A stretch of 64,000 nucleotides of DNA from positions 6,798-70,797 of the forward strand of contig JBMNSJ010000002.1 of assembly GCA_050945135.1 (NCBI GenBank), given 5' to 3'. The notes under the pieces were generated by a model. The model searched no databases and was not told where the DNA came from. It worked only from the letters and a program-made list of their open reading frames with translations. This DNA comes from Raoultibacter sp. GTDB taxonomy: Bacteria > Actinomycetota > Coriobacteriia > Coriobacteriales > Eggerthellaceae. This document shows, one piece after another, positions 10,197 through 20,649 of the stretch (position 1 is the first letter of the stretch; the number at the start of each line of letters is the position of its first letter). The position numbers and the translations under genes were made by a program.

Positions 10197-10793
10197 TTAA
10201 GCCTCAACCTCTTCAGTCTGCTTGAGCAAACCGTAGCCGCCGTCAATTCGACGATACAGTACGTGCACCAGTCCAGAATCGCGATCGGTATAGGCGAAGA
10301 AATCGTGGCCGAGTAAGTCGATGTTGATAAGAGCTTCTTCTTCGGTCAAAGGAGCAAACTCAATTTCCTTTACACGAACCACTTCATCATTATGGGAAAG
10401 TTCTGCCATGAGTTGATCGTAATCGGTTGCAGGAGGAGTTGCAGTTTCTTGGACCGATTTTTCGGCACCTGCGCGAATTTTGCGATCGATGACCTTTGTT
10501 TTGTACTTGCGAAGCTGACGAACTACCTTTGCTGCAGCCACGTCGATAGCAGCATACATATCCTCTTCGTGTTCTTCAACGCGAACAATATGACCTTTAG
10601 TGCGCAAGGTTACCTCGCACACGGCAGGACGTGGATTGGCAGGGTTTTTTTCAACGAGTAAAACGACTTCGGCGTCGAGTGGACTGATGTCCATGACCCT
10701 CATCGAGTGTCCGATTTTCTCTTCAGCGTACTCACGCAGTGCATCGGTTACAGGCATTTTGCGTCCGGTGACGGTAATACTCATAGCGCTCAC
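10197..10793 (-). CDS. hpf: Ribosome hibernation promoting factor, long form
   Basis: 198 aa with an N-terminal S30AE/YfiA fold (ITVTGRKMPVTDALREYAEEK) plus the C-terminal dimerisation domain of long HPFs. Confidence 0.9.
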   Translation of the reverse strand: MSAMSITVTGRKMPVTDALREYAEEKIGHSMRVMDISPLDAEVVLLVEKNPANPRPAVCEVTLRTKGHIVRVEEHEEDMYAAIDVAAAKVVRQLRKYKTKVIDRKIRAGAEKSVQETATPPATDYDQLMAELSHNDEVVRVKEIEFAPLTEEEALINIDLLGHDFFAYTDRDSGLVHVLYRRIDGGYGLLKQTEEVEA

Positions 10794-11085
10794 CTCTTGA
10801 AATCGTAGCGAATAAAAAACAGCCTTCTCAAAAGGAGCTCAGCGTTGTTGCACGATTTCGAAAAAGCCATGTTCGAAAAAACATGCATACTGATTCCTTT
10901 CGTCAAGCTGGTTTAATAAGCATACCGCAAACCGCAAGTTTTGTATGCGCTAAATCAAGCGAGTTGAGAAATCGTCAACATATAAATAAATGTAAGCTCA
11001 TTATGGAATCGCGTACGATAAGCGTCCAAGTGAGCATTCTTTGTAGGATAATGATTATGTAAAACATTCATCAGGGAAGCAGATA

Positions 11086-13188
11086 ATGCAAGCATCTGAA
11101 GATAGTGAGAATACACAAGGAACGCCCTTCATTGAAGAAGTGGATCGCCGCCAAGGCCCTTACAGGAAATTGGTAGGCTTCACGGGCTCTTCAACGCGTG
11201 CGGCAGCTGTGATGTTGGGTGCCGCTATCGTCTCAATCATCATTGCAAATACTGACTTCTATTACCCCTTCAAAGAGTTCTTTAGTACCGAAATCAGTTT
11301 CTATATCGGCTCTTTTGGTGGCTCGATGACCTTATCTCATGTCATCAACGATATCTTGATGACATTGTTCTTTCTCTTGATTGGTCTAGAAATAAAGTAT
11401 GAGATGACTGTCGGCGAGTTGCGAGAAATTCGCCAAGCCTTGCTGCCTATTGTTGCGGCACTAGGCGGCGTACTGGTACCTATCGTCATCTATCTAGGCT
11501 TCAATGCGGGAAATCCTGAGACAGCTCATGGCTGGGGCGTACCCACTGCAACAGACATCGCCTTTGCTTTAGGTATTATGTCTTTGCTAGGGGATCGCGT
11601 TCCCAAGAGTATTAAGGTGTTTTTGGTTACTCTTGCTGTTGCCGACGACATTATGGCAATCGGAATCATTGCGATTTTTTACGGTCACACCCCCTCGCTC
11701 TATTGGCTGATTGCGGTTGCTGCCGTCTTCCTCGTTCTCGTAATGATGAATCGCGCTCGTATTTTTTCGCTTACTCCTTATATTGTTGTTGGTATTGTCT
11801 TGTGGTATTGCGTATATATGTCGGGTGTTCACTCGACAATTGCTGGTGTTCTTCTTGCCTTCACCATCCCCATTGGTTCAAAGGTTAATTTACGTAGCTT
11901 CTTGTCGTGGACCGACGAAAGGGTGCAGATTGCCAAAGAGCAGTTTGAGCCCGATGCCCATGTAATGGAGCAAGAAGAATACATGGGAACGGTATCAAGC
12001 TTGAGCCGGGTCGCAAAGCAGGTTTTGCCGCCTGCGCGTCGTTTAAGTAAGCGCTTGTATCCGTGGGTTTATTTCTTAATTCTGCCACTGTTCGCACTCA
12101 CTAATGCCGATGTAAGACTCATTGGTGACGGACTAGGAAATATGTGGGCAGATCCAGCACTTCCCGGTATTTTCTTCGGATTGTTGTTAGGTAAGCCTAT
12201 TGGAATTGTTCTCTTTAGCTTCGTTCTTATAAAAACCAAGCTTGTTGAGGTGCCAAAAGGTGCAAATTGGATGCATATGATAGGCGCTGGCATATTAGGG
12301 GGCATCGGCTTCACAATGGCAATTTTTGTTGCGAATCTTGCCTTCACCGACCCCGTCATTATCTCTACGGCCAAGTTTGCAGTTTTGAGTGCGTCGTTGC
12401 TAGCTGGTGTTATCGGATTCCTTTTCCTCTGGTTCCAAGCGCGTCGTTCCAGCAGAGAAGAGTGGTTGCTGATGTATGAAATACAAGAAGTCGTTGGGCA
12501 AAGCAAGGTAGGGCATGACGGCAAAATAAAACTTGCTTCTGCGGTTGATGTCATGCAGGATTGCTCGCTGGGTTGGCTTGATTCAGAGCCAGAATTTGCT
12601 CGCAGCTTACAGGATAACGGTTGGGCGATGATAATGGCTGCGCGTCAGGTTGACGTGTATCGCATGCCGATAGCTGGCGAAGTGCTCACTGCGCGTACTT
12701 GGATTTATGAGTGTAAGGCCTCATTCGGCTATCGTAATACGGTGCTTTTTGGCGAGCATGGCGATTTGTGCATGGCATCGTGGAATACCGGCGTTTTCAC
12801 CGATGCAGGTTCAGGCAAAATTATTCGGCTGCCAAAAGAGGTGGTGGAAGGAATTTCGTATAGCGAGAAGTTCGAGATGGAATACCTGCCTAAAAAGATT
12901 CCTCTTGCGGATAAGAGCTTTGAGCTAAGCAGGATTGAGCCCGTGAGACGGGCCGACATCGACGTTAATAATCACGTGAATAATGCACGTTATGTAGAAA
13001 TAGCCTTAGATGCGCTGCCCGAAAACTATGAGGTTGCGCGTTTTCGTATCGAATACAAAAAACCAGCTCATTGGGGCGATAGCCTACATCTTTTTGCAGC
13101 CGCATCCGATTGCTCTGCATACACCGTGAAACTTGGCGATGAGGCGGGAATTCCTTTTGCCGTAGCTGAGTTCTTCTCTGCAATCTAG
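11086..13188 (+). CDS. nhaA: NhaA-type Na+/H+ antiporter fused in frame to an acyl-ACP thioesterase-type domain
   Basis: Residues 1-462 carry NhaA motifs (GWGVPTATDIAF, LAVADDIMAIG) and about 11-12 TM helices. Residues 463-700 start at Met (ATG 12472) and match the acyl-ACP thioesterase pattern (W.MIMAARQVDVYRMP..GE, RRADIDVNNHVNNARYVE). No stop codon separates the two parts. Confidence 0.85.
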   Translation: MQASEDSENTQGTPFIEEVDRRQGPYRKLVGFTGSSTRAAAVMLGAAIVSIIIANTDFYYPFKEFFSTEISFYIGSFGGSMTLSHVINDILMTLFFLLIGLEIKYEMTVGELREIRQALLPIVAALGGVLVPIVIYLGFNAGNPETAHGWGVPTATDIAFALGIMSLLGDRVPKSIKVFLVTLAVADDIMAIGIIAIFYGHTPSLYWLIAVAAVFLVLVMMNRARIFSLTPYIVVGIVLWYCVYMSGVHSTIAGVLLAFTIPIGSKVNLRSFLSWTDERVQIAKEQFEPDAHVMEQEEYMGTVSSLSRVAKQVLPPARRLSKRLYPWVYFLILPLFALTNADVRLIGDGLGNMWADPALPGIFFGLLLGKPIGIVLFSFVLIKTKLVEVPKGANWMHMIGAGILGGIGFTMAIFVANLAFTDPVIISTAKFAVLSASLLAGVIGFLFLWFQARRSSREEWLLMYEIQEVVGQSKVGHDGKIKLASAVDVMQDCSLGWLDSEPEFARSLQDNGWAMIMAARQVDVYRMPIAGEVLTARTWIYECKASFGYRNTVLFGEHGDLCMASWNTGVFTDAGSGKIIRLPKEVVEGISYSEKFEMEYLPKKIPLADKSFELSRIEPVRRADIDVNNHVNNARYVEIALDALPENYEVARFRIEYKKPAHWGDSLHLFAAASDCSAYTVKLGDEAGIPFAVAEFFSAI

Positions 13189-13324
13189 CTTGTTTCCGAT
13201 AATTTCGAACCTTAAAACCATACGAAGTTGATAGCTCTCTGAGAAATTGCATGTCTGAAATGCATCTAGCATGCTTGGGCTCGTATTCGAATGGTAGTGG
13301 AAAAGCCGTCTGCGATATGAGCTC

Positions 13325-13352
13325 TTGTAAATACCCTAGGGGGGTATATAAT
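13325..13352 (+). promoter_or_regulatory. csoR-copA promoter with a CsoR operator in the spacer
   Basis: TTGTAA (13325-13330), a 16-nt spacer, then TATAAT (13347-13352). The spacer is the G/C-centred inverted repeat ATACCCTAGGGGGGTAT (13331-13347), which matches the known CsoR operator type (ATACCC-N-GGGGTAT). Confidence 0.8.
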
Positions 13353-13386
13353 CCAGTGAGAAACTAATTGCTAAGGAGCCAAGCAT

Positions 13387-13701
13387 ATGCCAGAAGACTT
13401 ACAACATTCTTGTTGTGACCAGCACACAAAGAACACTCCAAGAAGTATCGAGATGCAACAAGATATTCAGCGCAGACTCAATCGGGCCATCGGTCAGCTC
13501 AATGGGGTTAAAACGATGATTGACGATAATAGGTACTGCGGTGACGTTCTTACGCAGTTAACAGCTGCCGAGAGTGCGATACGAAGTGTGTCGAGCATTG
13601 TGCTGCAAAATCATCTTGAAACCTGCGTGGTCGAACAAATTCAAGAGGGCAATACCGAAATCATAGGCGAGGTAATGCGTCTGATGAAGAAGTTTTCGTA
13701 A
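13387..13701 (+). CDS. csoR: CsoR/RcnR-family copper-sensing repressor
   Basis: 104 aa with the DUF156 pattern [14 protein letters not shown]....YC.DVLTQL.A...A. It lies directly upstream of copA. Confidence 0.85.
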   Translation: MPEDLQHSCCDQHTKNTPRSIEMQQDIQRRLNRAIGQLNGVKTMIDDNRYCGDVLTQLTAAESAIRSVSSIVLQNHLETCVVEQIQEGNTEIIGEVMRLMKKFS

Positions 13702-13712
13702 GGCGTGATGAT

Positions 13713-15911
13713 ATGAACTCCGAAGGAAACACTGCTACCTTGCGACTTGCGATTGAGGGCATGCACTGCGCCAATTGCTCAGCAAATATAGAAAAGCATT
13801 ATCGGGCGCTCGATGGTGTAGCGAAAGTGGCGGTAAGCTTGGCTACGAACACCGGTGTCGTTGAGTTTGACCCAGAAAAACTTGACGTGAATGATTTGCT
13901 GCGCGTTTTTGATCAACTCAAATTTACTGCCGAAATTATCCCCGATGATGCGCCGCTTGTTGACGATGCCAGAAGAGCGAAAGAAGCTGCTACCCGAAAG
14001 CACGACTTTCGTGTTTTCTCTGTCTCACTGGTGCTCACTATCATCATTGTTTTTCTGGGCATGTTCCCCGGAATGCATCACATGCTAGGCGAAATAGGGG
14101 GAGCGCTCTTTTTTGGTGCACAAGCAACTCCTGACCAAGGGAGATTCGTTGCTAATCTCATCCTGATGATTTTGACACTTCCTGTGCAGTTTGGCTGTGG
14201 CGCTCGTTTCTATTCTGGAGCGTATTATGCCCTTAAAGATAAATCGGCAAACATGGATGTCTTGGTGGCCTTGGGGACCTCTATTGCGTTTATATTCTCG
14301 GTTTGGATTACTTTTTCTGGCTCGACGGTAAACAGCGGTATGCCGTATTTTGAGACCTGCGCTATGCTGATAACCTTTGTCCTACTTGGGAAAATCTTAG
14401 AAACCCGCGCAAAGGGAGCAACGTCGCAAGCAATAGAGAGCTTGATGAACCTCAGTCCTGCCACAGCAACGGTTGTCCGACAAGGAAAAGAAGATGAAAT
14501 CCTCCTTGCACAGGTATTGGTGGGGGATACGGTTTTGGTGCGTCCAGGCGAAAAAGTTCCGGTTGATGGTCAGGTTGTTTCGGGTTGTTCCGAAATAGAT
14601 GAAAGCATGCTCACGGGTGAAGCGATGCCAGTCATGAAAGAAGTGGGCGCTCAGGTTACTGGCGGAACCCTTAACACTACAGGATCGCTCAGTATTCGAG
14701 CTATGCGTGTCGGCAAAGACTCAACGCTCGCACGAATCGTACGTGCAGTTGAAGATGCGCAAGGTTCAAAAGCGCCCGTGCAAAAGATGGCCGATAAAAT
14801 TGCATCAATTTTTGTTCCCGGTATTTTAATCATATCGCTTATCACCTTTGTAGGATGGATGCTTTTTGGAAACGCAGCTGGTGATATCGTAGGTTTTCAG
14901 CAGGCTTTGCTTGCCGCAGTAGCCGTTATTGTTGTGGCCTGTCCGTGTGCGCTTGGTCTGGCTACTCCAACAGCTTTGATGGTTGGTATGGGTAAGGGGG
15001 CCCAGCTGGGCGTTCTCATAAAGGATGGAGAGGTACTTCAGCATTTATGCGAGCTCAACATTGCCGTATTCGACAAAACGGGCACTCTCACATGCGGCAG
15101 GCCAACAGTGGTTGAAAGCGATGTTGCGCTTGAGTACTTGCGCCTTGCAGCTGCCCTCGAAGCAAAAAGTGAGCATCCTCTTGCCAAAGCCGTCGTCTCT
15201 TATGCAACTGATCAGGGCGTTAGTAATCTTCCTGAGCCAGAGAACTTCGAGGCTATCGTTGGTCGCGGAGTTGAGGGTAAGGTGGAAGGGCACGAGCTTT
15301 TCGTTGGCACCCGCGTAATTGTGGACGGAGCAGACGTGGGTGGTTTCAGATTCTTTGATGCCCCTAAAGAAGATGCGCAGTCCACCCTGCAAGAGCTTGC
15401 CGAAAAGTATGGCGTCAGCTCATATATGGTAACTGGCGATTCGCTCGAAAATGCAAGCGAGGTAGCCCAGATGATAGGCCTCGACAAAAAGCATGTGCTT
15501 GCTGGAGTCAAGCCCCGTGAGAAGGCAGAACGTGTCCAAAGCCTTAAAGCTTCTTCTCTTGAGACGAAAAACATTCTCGCGTTTATTGGTGACGGCATCA
15601 ATGACGCACCCGCGCTTGCAGCTGCAGATGTAGGGGTAGCCATGGCAAGCGGGACAGATGTCGCCCTTGACGCAGGTTCGGTTGTTCTGATGCGTAATCG
15701 ATTGCGAGATTTCATTACAGCAATCAAACTTTCTCGAGCAACCATGCGCAAAGTGAAGCAAAACCTGTTTTGGGCTCTCATTTACAATCTGATTATGATT
15801 CCTCTGGCAGCCTTCGGCATCATTGCTCCGGAGCTTGCAGGCGCTGCGATGGCTCTTTCAAGTGTCTCGGTGGTTTCAAATTCGCTGCTTTTAAAAAGAT
15901 TCAAAGTGTAG
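13713..15911 (+). CDS. copA: Copper-translocating P1B-type ATPase
   Basis: N-terminal HMA domain GMHCANC, TM CPC motif ([11 protein letters not shown]), DKTGTLT phosphorylation site, GDGINDAP hinge. Confidence 0.93.
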   Translation: MNSEGNTATLRLAIEGMHCANCSANIEKHYRALDGVAKVAVSLATNTGVVEFDPEKLDVNDLLRVFDQLKFTAEIIPDDAPLVDDARRAKEAATRKHDFRVFSVSLVLTIIIVFLGMFPGMHHMLGEIGGALFFGAQATPDQGRFVANLILMILTLPVQFGCGARFYSGAYYALKDKSANMDVLVALGTSIAFIFSVWITFSGSTVNSGMPYFETCAMLITFVLLGKILETRAKGATSQAIESLMNLSPATATVVRQGKEDEILLAQVLVGDTVLVRPGEKVPVDGQVVSGCSEIDESMLTGEAMPVMKEVGAQVTGGTLNTTGSLSIRAMRVGKDSTLARIVRAVEDAQGSKAPVQKMADKIASIFVPGILIISLITFVGWMLFGNAAGDIVGFQQALLAAVAVIVVACPCALGLATPTALMVGMGKGAQLGVLIKDGEVLQHLCELNIAVFDKTGTLTCGRPTVVESDVALEYLRLAAALEAKSEHPLAKAVVSYATDQGVSNLPEPENFEAIVGRGVEGKVEGHELFVGTRVIVDGADVGGFRFFDAPKEDAQSTLQELAEKYGVSSYMVTGDSLENASEVAQMIGLDKKHVLAGVKPREKAERVQSLKASSLETKNILAFIGDGINDAPALAAADVGVAMASGTDVALDAGSVVLMRNRLRDFITAIKLSRATMRKVKQNLFWALIYNLIMIPLAAFGIIAPELAGAAMALSSVSVVSNSLLLKRFKV

Positions 15912-15992
15912 ATACGCTGCAATAACGATGCTTTTGCGTGCTTGCGATATACTTAAAAACCGCAAACCACCAATATTGAGGAGGCTACGTCT

Positions 15993-17363
15993 ATGAGTGC
16001 TTCTGCCATCATCCTCGCAGCAGGTGCGGGTACCCGTATGAAGTCAAAGAAACCGAAGGTTGTTCACGAGATGCTTGGAAAGCCTCTTGTGCGCTGGGTT
16101 GTTGATTCTGCTCACGAAGCAGGAATTGATCGTCTTGTGACCGTGGTAGGCCACGAACGCGAGCAGGTAATTCCTCTTGTTGAAGGAGATACAGCAGTAG
16201 TTGTGCAGGAGCAACTGGTAGGAACAGCAGATGCAGTAAATTCCTGCCGCGCAAGCTTTGCTGATTTCGACGGATCACTACTGGTCCTTTCGGGAGACAG
16301 CCCTCTTATCACACCAGAGACTATAAAGGCTTTACTTACGAAACGCGAAAAAGAGCAGGCTGCAGTAGTTGTTCTTACGATGAATCTAGCAAATCCTTTT
16401 GGCTATGGTCGCATTGTGCGTGATGAAAATGGTGCGGTTGAGCGGATTGTCGAACAGAAAGATTGCAGTCCTGATCAGGCCCTCATATCTGAGTGCAACT
16501 CGGGCTTTTATTGCTTTGATGCACGTGCACTTTTTGACGCACTTGCTCAGGTTGACAACCAAAATGCACAAGGAGAGTTTTACCTGACAGACGTTCTTGA
16601 GATTTGCCGCAAGGCTGGGCGTGGAGTAGTTACCTTGCAGACCTCCCATCCCGAAGAAGCTCTCGGTATTAATTCTCGCTCGCAGCTGGCACAAGCTAGT
16701 CGTTTTGCTCAGAGGCGTATTAACGAGCGTTTTATGGCAGAAGGGGTTACTATGACCGACCCCGCTCTTGTGTGGATTGGGCCCGATGTAACAATCGCCA
16801 CTGATGTTGAGCTTTTACCTATGACTTCGCTTTTTGGCAACACATCGATTGGTGAAGACAGCGTAATTGGCCCAAATTCGCGCCTAACCGATACCAAGGT
16901 TGGCGCTGGATGCAGCGTTGATGAGACTATTGCTATCGAAGCGATAATCGGCGATGAAGCCGATTGTGGTCCGCGTACTTACTTACGTCCTGGCGCAGAT
17001 TTGCGGCGCGGCGCAAAGGCAGGAACTAGCGTCGAGATAAAGAAATCTGTCATAGGCGAAGGTTCAAAGGTTCCTCATTTAAGCTATATTGGAGACGCAA
17101 CCATAGGCACCGGTGTCAATATCGGAGCGGGCTCTATTACCTGTAATTATGATGGCAAAAAGAAACATAAAACCGAAATCGGAGATAACGCCTTCGTAGG
17201 TTCAGATACGATGCTTGTGGCTCCGGTACATATTGGCTCGAACGTAACTATCGGAGCAGGTTCGGTTATTACCGAAGATGTTTCCGATTATTCACTTGGT
17301 CTTGGACGTGCACGTCAAACAGAAATCGTCGGATGGGCAAAAAGAACCTCTGATACCGTGTAA
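15993..17363 (+). CDS. glmU: Bifunctional UDP-N-acetylglucosamine pyrophosphorylase / GlcN-1-P acetyltransferase
   Basis: LAAGAGTRMKS nucleotidyltransferase motif and a C-terminal left-handed beta-helix with hexapeptide repeats. Confidence 0.95.
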   Translation: MSASAIILAAGAGTRMKSKKPKVVHEMLGKPLVRWVVDSAHEAGIDRLVTVVGHEREQVIPLVEGDTAVVVQEQLVGTADAVNSCRASFADFDGSLLVLSGDSPLITPETIKALLTKREKEQAAVVVLTMNLANPFGYGRIVRDENGAVERIVEQKDCSPDQALISECNSGFYCFDARALFDALAQVDNQNAQGEFYLTDVLEICRKAGRGVVTLQTSHPEEALGINSRSQLAQASRFAQRRINERFMAEGVTMTDPALVWIGPDVTIATDVELLPMTSLFGNTSIGEDSVIGPNSRLTDTKVGAGCSVDETIAIEAIIGDEADCGPRTYLRPGADLRRGAKAGTSVEIKKSVIGEGSKVPHLSYIGDATIGTGVNIGAGSITCNYDGKKKHKTEIGDNAFVGSDTMLVAPVHIGSNVTIGAGSVITEDVSDYSLGLGRARQTEIVGWAKRTSDTV

Positions 17364-17455
17364 GAACTTTGAAGCATTGGCTATCTGCGGGCTAGCTCAG
17401 TTGCAGATGCCATACAATGAGGAAATGGAATGGCAAAGGTGAGGAGAGGTATTGC

Positions 17456-18427
17456 ATGACTGATATGAAGAAGAGCTTGGCGTTGTTTTCCGGCTCGGTT
17501 AACGCAGAGTTGGCAGAACAAATTGCAGAGGTGCTCGACATCAAGCTCGGTAATATCAAGCTGAAGCAATTTTCTAACGGAGAAATCTATGCGCGTTATT
17601 TAGACAGTATTCGCGGTGCTGATGTATTTATCATACAGTCGGTTGCAGGTGAGCGCGTCAATGACGCACTCATGGAGCTGCTTATTATGACTGACGCTGC
17701 AAAGCGTGCGTCTGCAAGAACCGTTACCGCCGTAATCTCGCACTATGGCTACTCTCGACAAGATCGAAAAGCCGCCGCTCGCGAGCCTATTACTGCAAAA
17801 CTCATCGCTAATCTTATGACGGTCGCTGGCATCGATCGTACGATAACCATTGATTTACACCAGGGCCAGATACAAGGCTTTTTCGACACGCCGGTTAATC
17901 ACTTAACAGCTTTGCCTATTTTGGCTGATTACTTTAAAGCAAAAAACCTCGATAAATCACGCCTGTGTATTGTGAGTCCAGATGTGGGACGCGCAAAAGC
18001 TGCTAAAAAATTCTCTGACATCATGGATGCCGATTTAGTCATCATGCACAAGGGAAGACCTAATCATAACGAAGCAGAAATCACCGCGCTTATTGGTGAT
18101 GTACAAGACAAAATCTGTATTATCAACGACGATATGATTGATACGGCAGGTACCTTGATTGCTGCCGCTGAAACGCTCAAGCAAGAAGGGGCCGATTTAG
18201 TATATGTGTGCGCTACGCATCCTATCTTTAGTGGACCGGCATATGAGCGTCTTGAAGGTTCCGAGATTGAAGAAGTCGTTGTATGCAATACCATCCCTAT
18301 CCCAGAGGAGCATTTACAGGGCAAGATTAAAACGGTATCGGTGGCGCCTTTATTCGCCAATGCAATAGCGAATGTCTATAACAATGAATCGGTTTCTGAA
18401 CTTTTTGACCCCGACTACGCGCTCTAG
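17456..18427 (+). CDS. prs: Ribose-phosphate pyrophosphokinase
   Basis: PRPP synthetase pattern (LFSGSVNAELAEQIA, DLHQGQIQGFF, DDMIDTAGT). Start moved to ATG 17456, which follows GGTGAGGAGAGG; the track ORF starts at 17417. Confidence 0.93.
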   Translation: MTDMKKSLALFSGSVNAELAEQIAEVLDIKLGNIKLKQFSNGEIYARYLDSIRGADVFIIQSVAGERVNDALMELLIMTDAAKRASARTVTAVISHYGYSRQDRKAAAREPITAKLIANLMTVAGIDRTITIDLHQGQIQGFFDTPVNHLTALPILADYFKAKNLDKSRLCIVSPDVGRAKAAKKFSDIMDADLVIMHKGRPNHNEAEITALIGDVQDKICIINDDMIDTAGTLIAAAETLKQEGADLVYVCATHPIFSGPAYERLEGSEIEEVVVCNTIPIPEEHLQGKIKTVSVAPLFANAIANVYNNESVSELFDPDYAL

Positions 18428-18443
18428 GGAAAACGAAACACTC

Positions 18444-19007
18444 GTGGATGCTTATCTGATTGTTGGGCTGGGAAACCCAGGACCTGATTACGAACAAACA
18501 CGCCATAATGCTGGCTTTATGACAGTTGATTTGCTTGCCAAAGAGCTAGGTGTGAAGTACTGGAAAAATGAATGTGGTGCACAGAGCGGTAAAGCTAAGT
18601 ATCACGGTCACGATGTGGTATTGGCTAAACCACAAGGTTTCATGAACACCTCTGGCGGTCCGGTAAAAAAACTTTGCGAGAGTTATAACATTAACCCTGA
18701 GCAGCTTATTATTATCCACGATGAGCTCGATATTGAGCCGGCGCATATCCGCGTAAAGTTTGGTGGTGGGCATGCAGGGCACAACGGCTTGCGCTCGATT
18801 TGTGACAAGCTTGGTACGCGCGACTGGTATCGAATTCGCGTTGGCATCGGTCGACCTCCCGGAAGAATGCAGGTCAGCGATTACGTTCTCAGCCACACAA
18901 AAAAAGATGCGCTCGAAGAGCTCAACCATGCTTGCCAGCTTGCCGCAGAAGCTTCTTTGAAGCTCATCGACGAAGGTCTCGAGAAAACTCAGCAAGAATT
19001 CAACTAA
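18444..19007 (+). CDS. pth: Peptidyl-tRNA hydrolase
   Basis: LIVGLGNPG..YE.TRHNAGF motif. The likely start is GTG 18444 (in frame, just after the prs stop), because Pth normally begins a few residues before LIVGLGNPG. The track ORF start at 18372 lies inside prs. Confidence 0.85.
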   Translation: MDAYLIVGLGNPGPDYEQTRHNAGFMTVDLLAKELGVKYWKNECGAQSGKAKYHGHDVVLAKPQGFMNTSGGPVKKLCESYNINPEQLIIIHDELDIEPAHIRVKFGGGHAGHNGLRSICDKLGTRDWYRIRVGIGRPPGRMQVSDYVLSHTKKDALEELNHACQLAAEASLKLIDEGLEKTQQEFN

Positions 19008-19076
19008 GCAAACAGTCTTTTTCTGCTTCGTATAAGCTGCGCTGTACCTCGCTGGTAATAAAGGAGCGATGCTTGC

Positions 19077-20486
19077 CTAGCGCATCAAGCGTCGCAAAAG
19101 CTTGATTTTATCGCGGAAGGGTGGCACGCGAACAGGCACTTCAATCTTGGTGCTTTTCGATAGAGTGGATTTGTAGTGAGTAAAACAATCGAATCCAACT
19201 TTGCCGTGATAGGCTCCCATACCCGAGTTTCCGACGCCGCCAAATCCCATATGATTATTGGCGAGGTGAATTACGACATCATTAATGGTTGCTCCTCCAA
19301 ATTGCAGCTCATCAAGAATGCGTCTCTGTACGTCCTTGTTGTTAGAAAAAATATAACAAGCAAGGGGGCTTTCGAAGTTTCGCACAATGTCGAATGCTTC
19401 ATCGAGTGTGCGATAGCTTAAAAGAGGAAGTATGGGACCGAATATTTCTTCACCCATAACGGGGTCGTTAAGACTGACTCCTGTGAGGCAGGTTGGTTCA
19501 ATGCGCAGACTTTCTTTTTCCCCTTGGCCCCCAAACACAATCTGAGATTGTGGGTTGCGATTGTTTATCTGCTGCATGATTCGCTCAAAGTGATGTTCGT
19601 TGATAATGTGAGGCCATTCACTGCTTTCGAGGATGTTTTCGCCGTAATATTGATGGAAAGTAGAGTCTAGTTTTGCGACGAACTCATCAACTACGCTTTC
19701 GTGAACGAGAAGATAGTCGGGAGCTACGCATGTTTGACCGGAGTTTATGCCCTTCCCCCAGGCGATACGCTGAGCGGCACGTGTGATATTGGCGCTCTCA
19801 TCAACGATGCAGGGGCTTTTGCCACCGAGTTCGAGGGTGACCGGACAAAGGTGTTTTGCCGCAGCTTCTAAAATGGTGTGTCCCACACGCGGGCTGCCGG
19901 TAAAAAAGATCTTATCCCACCGAAGCTCAAGAAGCCAATCGTTCATCTGGCTCGATCCGGGGAAGGCGCAACAGAATTCACGAGGGAACACCGCCTCAAA
20001 CATTTCGACGAGGAAAGCGCTGGTATTTTCTGAGGTCCTCGAAGGCTTGATAGCTACACAGTTACCTGCGGCGATAGCGTCAATTACCGGAACAAGAGCA
20101 AGTTGTAAGGGGTAGTTCCAAGGAGAGAGTACGAGCACAACTCCAAGAGGGCTTGGGTACACTTTCGAACTCGAAGGAAAGTGGACAATTGGCGTAGCCA
20201 CGCGTCTTGGTTTTGCCCAGGACTCCAGGTGTTTTAGGCAATAGCGAATCTCATCGTACACAATGCCTAGCTCAGTCGCATACCCTTCAAAAGCTGATTT
20301 ACCTAAATCTGCTTGGAGAGCTCCGAGTGCGCGTTCTTCGTTCTCTTTGAGGTAGGTTCTCATGTTTTGCAAAGCAGACCGACGATATTCAAGAGAGCGC
20401 GTTGCGCCTGAAAGATGGAACGCACGCATATCAGCTAAAGCCGCTTCAAGGTTGTCGAGGCTCGCATATTTTGATGTGGCATCCAT
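19077..20486 (-). CDS. NAD(P)+-dependent aldehyde dehydrogenase (class-3-like)
   Basis: ELGGKSP and the catalytic-Cys motif GQTCVAPDY. Start moved to ATG 20486 (MDATSKYASLDN...), preceded on the minus strand by GGAAGGGG. The 55-codon upstream extension in the track overlaps the htrA promoter region. Confidence 0.85.
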   Translation of the reverse strand: MDATSKYASLDNLEAALADMRAFHLSGATRSLEYRRSALQNMRTYLKENEERALGALQADLGKSAFEGYATELGIVYDEIRYCLKHLESWAKPRRVATPIVHFPSSSKVYPSPLGVVLVLSPWNYPLQLALVPVIDAIAAGNCVAIKPSRTSENTSAFLVEMFEAVFPREFCCAFPGSSQMNDWLLELRWDKIFFTGSPRVGHTILEAAAKHLCPVTLELGGKSPCIVDESANITRAAQRIAWGKGINSGQTCVAPDYLLVHESVVDEFVAKLDSTFHQYYGENILESSEWPHIINEHHFERIMQQINNRNPQSQIVFGGQGEKESLRIEPTCLTGVSLNDPVMGEEIFGPILPLLSYRTLDEAFDIVRNFESPLACYIFSNNKDVQRRILDELQFGGATINDVVIHLANNHMGFGGVGNSGMGAYHGKVGFDCFTHYKSTLSKSTKIEVPVRVPPFRDKIKLLRRLMR

Positions 20487-20649
20487 GATTGCCCCTTCCA
20501 AGGTGGTGTTCCTAAACCATACGACATACATCAAACGGTGTAATTTTTTGACACAGGATTGACAGATTGATGGTGAGTGGATGGCGGGCTTTTTTGGAGT
20601 GCTATCGTGGGTTAGTATACTTCGTATGACAGTATCAAGGAGAGATAGC

